DNA from: Rotaria socialis
Lineage: Eukaryota
DNA: 49,828 nt
NCBI GenBank assembly: GCA_905331295.1
Contig: CAJNYD010000008.1
Location: 62,001-111,828 of the forward strand
Reading direction: 5' to 3'
Shown: piece by piece, positions 43,249-49,828 of the stretch
How the letters are laid out: the number at the start of each line of letters is the position of its first letter
How positions within the stretch are numbered: the stretch's first letter is position 1
Translations under genes and position numbers: made by a program
The notes under the pieces: model-generated
What the model was told of the DNA's origin: nothing
The model's input: only the letters and a program-made list of their open reading frames with translations
Databases searched by the model: none

Positions 43249-46200
43249 CTAGTTCATACGTCCATCGGTATCGATACTGGAGCAAGAAGTAATCGCATAA
43301 TTCAAACGTTCATACATGATTTCCTTAGTTGAATATGCAGGCAGGTGAAGAGTGAAGGTACATGTATACGATTCTAGAAAAAAAAATCATAAAATTCAAT
43401 TCATTATTAAAATAGAATTCACAACATTTGTCTGAGTTTTATGGCAAAAATGATAGAGTACAGTTTCACTGCACGGTACTTTAATAGCTTATGACCTTGA
43501 ATTCCAGTAAGACTTAATATTTTTTGTTGTTATTGATGGCTAGCTATAGAGATATTCAACAAGGTCTTAAGTTTTTAACGTCCTGTAGTCGTTTATAATT
43601 GCAAAATAATTATATATATATATATCGGACGATAGAAAACTCAATTAAAGATGAGAAAGAAACAAAACAAATTCTGTTAAATGATTACTAGAAGAAACAA
43701 TTGATTGTGCGCTGATTGCTTCCATCGAACCAAATATAAAATCAGGAATATTTTCTCTACAATATCATTTCTAACAACTTTTTCATCTTCCAAAACTACG
43801 ATGCTGCTATTCGAGCATAAGAAAATGTCATGTATCTGGAGCTTAATGATTGAAATAAACTTACTAGGAAGAACTTTATCAACATCGCCACTTGTTTGGA
43901 GACTTGCTATAGTGAACTTTGTCGCAAAATCTTCATCTCTATACGGCACCGTACTTCGTCCCCAAACAAATATTAAAAATAGTTTTCTCTGTTCTTCAGA
44001 AAACATTTCACTAAAAACTGACCAAAATTGCTGAATACGTTGCGAAGATGCACTATCGTTTTTATAACGTGTATGACGTTTTAGCATTTCAATATCAATA
44101 TAACCTTTGCCACAAACAGCTTCTTCTAATTCATGAGCTGTAAATAAAGTCATATTAGCCCATGGTACGACACTATATAAACCTTGACGAATGAATTCAA
44201 TTTGTCGATGAAATTCATTAATACGATATTGACGATAATGCATACAGTAATCTTCGAAATTTGCAGTATTTATTGGTATACGAAAACCACCTGGGATAAG
44301 TTCATAAGTTTGTCCTGTCGAACTGACAACATCAAATGTGAGTTCAGTCATAATACTACTAAATAAATAGTCGCCATTGTTATTTACATCACCATCATTA
44401 CAAGTATTGAGAGTTTTTACTTTTCGAATATTTTCTTCCATTTTATTGATAATTGCAAAACTTGAAATGTCAATAGCTTCAATATCTTCAATCGTTGCTT
44501 CTTCGTATATCAGTTGTTTCCATAGTAGAATTGGAAATCGAACATCTAAGTATTGTTTCGTACGTATTGCCATGCCCATGAGTTGTCCAACAAAACGATA
44601 TTGATTTTTGATATCAGTTGGTATGGATCGATTCGGCGGGAAAACATTTGGAATCCATCGATCACGATTCGAACCGATATTTACTCGTCCATTCGGGCAA
44701 AGAATAAATAATAGTAATCGTGTACTGCATATATCAGCACAAATACGTGTTACTGAATCGCGATAGGGTCCGCCTTGGTCGTTACTAAACATGCCAACAT
44801 ACGTTGCCTTCCAGGCTCGTTCATCAGTCGATATTCGAAATATTCGAGACGCATTAGATTTCAATTGTTTATATGCCTGATAGAACATGGTATCTTCAGG
44901 GTGCGCAGCTACACTAGCTTTTACAATGTCAAAATTGATATTGGATGGGTTTGAATCATTGGCAGTTTTATCTAAGGCTCCAGTAAATATTTCAGATTTT
45001 ATTGCAAATAATATACAATGCCGTATGGATCGAATTCGATCTACAATAAAACCGACACCAGGTGATAAGCTCAAATCTATACTTGGCAAAGTTCTTATGA
45101 GAAAAATATTCAATAAAAGGAAAAATTTGACTCGTGTTTGTATAAACACCGATGGTATATTACATAAGGAACTAAATGAAGCATACTTGGTTGAATCAGT
45201 TGGTAGCGTTTTGATGAAATCGATAACAAGCTCATTTGATGATGAATTTTCGTCGAGTTTCATATTTTGATTCATAAATTTAATTAATTGTTCATCATCA
45301 GTCCTACTAAAGTGAATATGAGCTGTCTCGACCATCTCTTTCGTCAATGCAAGGTTTTCGTCAAGAACCTCTTTCGATTCAGTAAAAAACATTTCAGGCC
45401 ATTGACACGGTTTTATTTTATTTGTTAAAATATTGATTAGATCGAGAGCAATTGTTAAATCCTTCATGAACGGTGACCATTCAGTTAATGATGAAACCAA
45501 TTGCTTTTCTCTTTCCGTTTGGGATAATTCTAAGTGAGTGAAAGAGCGTCGAAAATATTTCAATGCAAAACTATTGAGATACATTTCATTTACATGTAAT
45601 TCAATAAACATATGGCGAGTAAAATTGTGAATATTATCGTGAAGTTTGAAATTTTCGCTTGCTTGAATCAATCTATTTTAAGAGAAGACAACATTAAAAA
45701 TAATACGAAATCAAATTTAATTAAGATTCTCATTGTATAGTGATTGATTTTTCTATTCAGTTATGTCATGTAATGATGATAGAGGACAACGAAATAAATG
45801 CATGAATTAAAACAAAATCTCAATGTCAACAAATGAAAACGTTTTACGCTTGATAAATATTTCATCGGTGTATATGAATGGTTTTCATCCAAAACTATCA
45901 AAATCCTATAGCTCAACTCCGTCTCAATCACTATGACTATAGACTTCCATAGAGATTGTGTATAAAGAATATGAATAACATACATAGTAAAAAGATCAAT
46001 GATGGCTGTTTTCAATAGATGTGAGGGTACCAACAGAAATAGATCGAAGAGTATTTTAATAGCTATGCCTGGAAATAGTAATTGAATCACCAAATCGACG
46101 TTATCATTTTTCATTGTAAAATCTTTCAATACGTCCGAAAAGAGATGAAAAATCTTTAGAAGAAAATCTAAGTTTGATTGTTTCATGGATATTTGTTCAT

Positions 46201-49200
46201 CATTGTTGTTCACGTCGATGAGCGATGGCTCAGTAAGAAAGCGAATTGATTCTTCAACAACTAGCTTTTGTAATTGAAAAATGACTGGAGCTTTTCTATT
46301 GAATATTTCAACAGTAAGTTTTTCGTTTATGACACATTTCAATAAGTCTTGTAATTCAACTTTTAGTATCGATATTACTAATACGTTCATTCTATTGATA
46401 GTTTCATCAACAAACATCCGTGTATGTGTATGATGATGATCCATCGATCGCAATAAATTTACAACAGAATCTCCATCACTGAATTTCGAAAGTGGAAATA
46501 AACTTGAATGATCATCATTACACCAGACGTTTAACATATTCAATATTGCATAACGTGCATAGATTGCTATGAGCCCATATTCACAAGTTGTACGTGAATG
46601 AATATAGACTTTTCGTGGTATTTGTCGATGTATATAGTGTGATGATGTTGCCATAGCGTTCTTGAATTTATTACAAAACTCTGTTTCGTCCGAGTCTGCT
46701 TGTGCTAAATCGAGATGTCTATATTCAGGATTCCCACCTATTAATTGATTATTCATTTCTTTATTTCGAAGCCAATCATCTAGTTTATCACGAATACCTA
46801 CAGAACGAACCGTTTTATAAAACCACTCATTAACTGATGGCGTATCATTGTCATCAGCATTGTCTATTTCAAATATCAATGGTGATATTGATAAATCAGT
46901 TGTAACATTGCCGGTATCCATTAACATAGATAATGTTCCATTTTCATCATACGGACTCAATCGTGTTAAAACATTGCGTCTTTTTTGTTGTTGCTCTTGT
47001 TGAAATATGTTTTCTATGCGTTGACTTTCTTCTTGTAGAATCTTATCCATGAAATAAATATTCGTTGTGTTATATTTTTTCATGACGTATTTGATCGATT
47101 CTTCGCTGTAGCCAATACCGATGAGACTTGCTGATACAATGCTAAACAAAGGAGCAACTAGTTGATCTAAGCAATGTTCAGCTGATTGGATTAATTTTTT
47201 CATTGATGAAGGAAGAATATGAGTTGATTGATTTAAATATGTGATTGATCTACATTCAATGCGTAGTTGATCGTCATTGGTAGTGTTCTTAGTTGCATCT
47301 AACTCTCGAAATAGATCAATCCGTTTCAATTTCGTTGCAAATTGGTCATCGCTAAGTGATATATCGATTTCTAACGAACCATTGGCGTAGATCTGAAGAG
47401 AATTTTGTTGAACAGAAATAAGTAAACGAATATATTCGTTCAATAGCACAGTTGATGAACTGTGATGATCACCTGTTACATGAAGATGACCGTCATGTGT
47501 TAGATAGATTTCGGATTCTGTATCTAAGGTCAATAAAGTCAACCGAGTCTCGCTTCTAGATGTGCTTTTTTCTATTGGAAAATTTGGTATGGAAATATCT
47601 AGAATCAACGTATATTCCGACCACACTTGGTTTGCAGTATTTAAAATTAAATAAGTTTTATTGCCGAAGAGTTGTATAACGGATTGATTAGTATTTGGAA
47701 TAGTCTTGAAATAGTTCGGTTCGTCATAATCAATATATTGTTTTGTTTCTTCCCATAGATCTTTCTCAAATGGTTTATTGAATGGAACGAGTATTTCATT
47801 CGTGAAATATTTTTGTTCTGGTTTGAATTTAATCGTATTTAATTGTTTTTTATATTCATTTAATGTCTGATAGTCGATGGCAACATACGAAAGACCATAT
47901 GTAAAAAGACGTCGAATATGTTCTTCCAATAATATATATTTCCATATGCCCAGATTTCGAATTCCAGCATTTACATGTGGCAAGAGACGTAGATTCAATT
48001 TTGAATTTGTTTTTGGATCAAAACTGTGACAATAATTCAGCATTTGAACGTTATTGTTAATATAGACTTTTACTTGTTCGTTTAGTTGAAATAGAATAAC
48101 AACACGCTGTCGATGTATTTTGGTTTCATCGATGAAATCATCATTGATATCATTCATACAAACACGAATAGAAAATGTTGCATCATCTAACGTAAATAAG
48201 ACAATATCAAGTTGATTAGGACAATTCGCTGTCTCATCTGTCGGAACTATCTCAAAATCAAAGCTAATAGTTAATGATTGCTGATTATCAAGCGACAATG
48301 AGAAGCCATCATTCTCTTTGGTTAGTCTCAATAAATTATCATTCGCTGTTATCGTATCAGCATTGAACGGAACTTCAAAATGTTCATCATTGATAAAATC
48401 ACGTAGCAAAGTTTTCTTGTCAGTGGACTCATTCTTTGCACAACGGCTCGTATAGAAATATTGTTGAATGCGATTACCAATAAGATATGCACTATACGGA
48501 TATGCCACTAGTACATTTTCCATTGCCAATAGTTTTGGCTTTAACAATGGTTTGAATCCTTTTGGCAGAGGACATTTTGCCATATCTTCCGGACTAAATA
48601 TAAATTCAAAAATACCATTATTAGTCGAATTGCGACTGAATTTAACAGTAACAGCAGGAAAATAACTAGTAAAAGTTCCACTTGGTAATAGATTTGTTTT
48701 AATTTCTGATTCAATTGTTTCATTTTTCGAATGTGAAAATATGGTACCTAAAGACTTGCCATTTAACCAATACTTGATATTCGTATTTGTACCATCGATC
48801 TCAATACCACAGCCACATACAGTCTCTTCACCCCATTCATGACTCTGAAAAGAACCTCGACTTTGATTATTCTTACAAATTCCTTTTTTTCCATTAAAAC
48901 CCCATGAAAATTCATCATTACCAATACCATAACTATCATGCTGCGGTGGATTAAATCCCTTCGTTGCCCAGCCAATATATGCTGCACCACCATCTGGAAA
49001 TTTAACACAAAAATACCACTTTCCTTCATTTAATTCTATGCCATCAGGAATAAAAGTTGAGTATTGAATATCTCCAGCACCATTGATAATACGAACTCGT
49101 CCTTTAAATTTATGCTTCATACCACATTCTTCTAACGCCGGTAGATTATCATTGGCAGGCAACGAAATAATGTTAATTTCATCATTTCCCAATCGACCTT

Positions 49201-49828
49201 TTTTGTAGAATTTCATCTCACTTTTAGATGCTATCGGTTTCCAGTCCTCATCCATCGAACCTGTTTCAGACAAATATTGCAGAATAATAGGATCACGAAT
49301 AATGCTCATTTTATTCCATCCATTTTTATTATGAATAATGTCAAGCTTGTTTTCTACTGTTTGATTTTTTCTTGTATATCTATCTAAACTTAAATAATAT
49401 TGTTCTAGATGTAATCTATTAAACACTCGTAAATCGTTCGGCACGGTACTACGAACTGAATCAAGATAATCCGTCGAAGTCGATAGTTTAGCAATAATTG
49501 GTGCATAAGGCTTTTGCATGAAAATTTCAATAACTTGTTTATAACTCAAAACTGCACAGAATGCTGTTACGACACGACATTTTATATCTAATAACATCAA
49601 TGAATCACTGGTTGATGTATCGATTTGTGCAACAAATCCTAATGTATCCAGAATAGTATGAACTACATTATCTATTGGTAAAAGTGAGAGATTTGTTGGT
49701 AAAACATCGATAATAATACGTATTTTATTTGATGAAACCCATTCAGTTTGATTCGTGACTGCATATTGTACAAGATAAGGTTTAACATCGGATGCATCCG
49801 ATTCAAGAGCGTCCATATTGATTTCAAC
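43249..49828 (-). CDS. Large SPRY + HECT E3 ubiquitin ligase, 5'-truncated by window; exons >49828-~45984, ~45672-43864, ~43374-43249
   Basis: SPRY (GKWYF..YIGWAT..GIGNDEFSWGFNG) and HECT (DQGGPYRD, FVGQLMGMAIR, YELIPGG, ELEEAVCG, FLIFVWGRS). The last exon SYTCTFTLHLPAYS..LNYAI..SIDTD carries the catalytic Cys. Confidence 0.93.

Noticed and set aside
43705..49029. Small overlapping ORFs within the HECT gene
   Set aside because: They are antisense or alternate-frame shadows of long coding exons.

Overview
AT-rich eukaryotic (animal) genomic DNA with many short (~50-70 nt) GT-AG introns. Gene content, intron size, TGTGGG-like motifs and an ART-TPR family member suggest a bdelloid rotifer; this is inferred, not proven. 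The left ~21 kb is accessory and repeat-rich. It holds the 3' end of a mono-ART PARP gene, a UBA-like/class-V PLP (cysteine desulfurase-like) gene, a bacterial-type CAP pseudogene, a thaumatin+CBM52-like gene, many small TIR elements, a 100-N gap, and an RTE/BovB-like 5' end that folds into a complete HDV-like ribozyme (8466-8611). The right part holds a tightly packed co-directional run (maelstrom, COX5A, ELMOD, WD40, DCN1) with splice acceptors just upstream of the start codons, a candidate trans-spliced operon. It is followed by malic enzyme (with a mariner-derived foldback in an intron), an ART-TPR pseudogene and a large SPRY-HECT ligase that runs off the window end. All gene models were spliced by eye and no searches were run.
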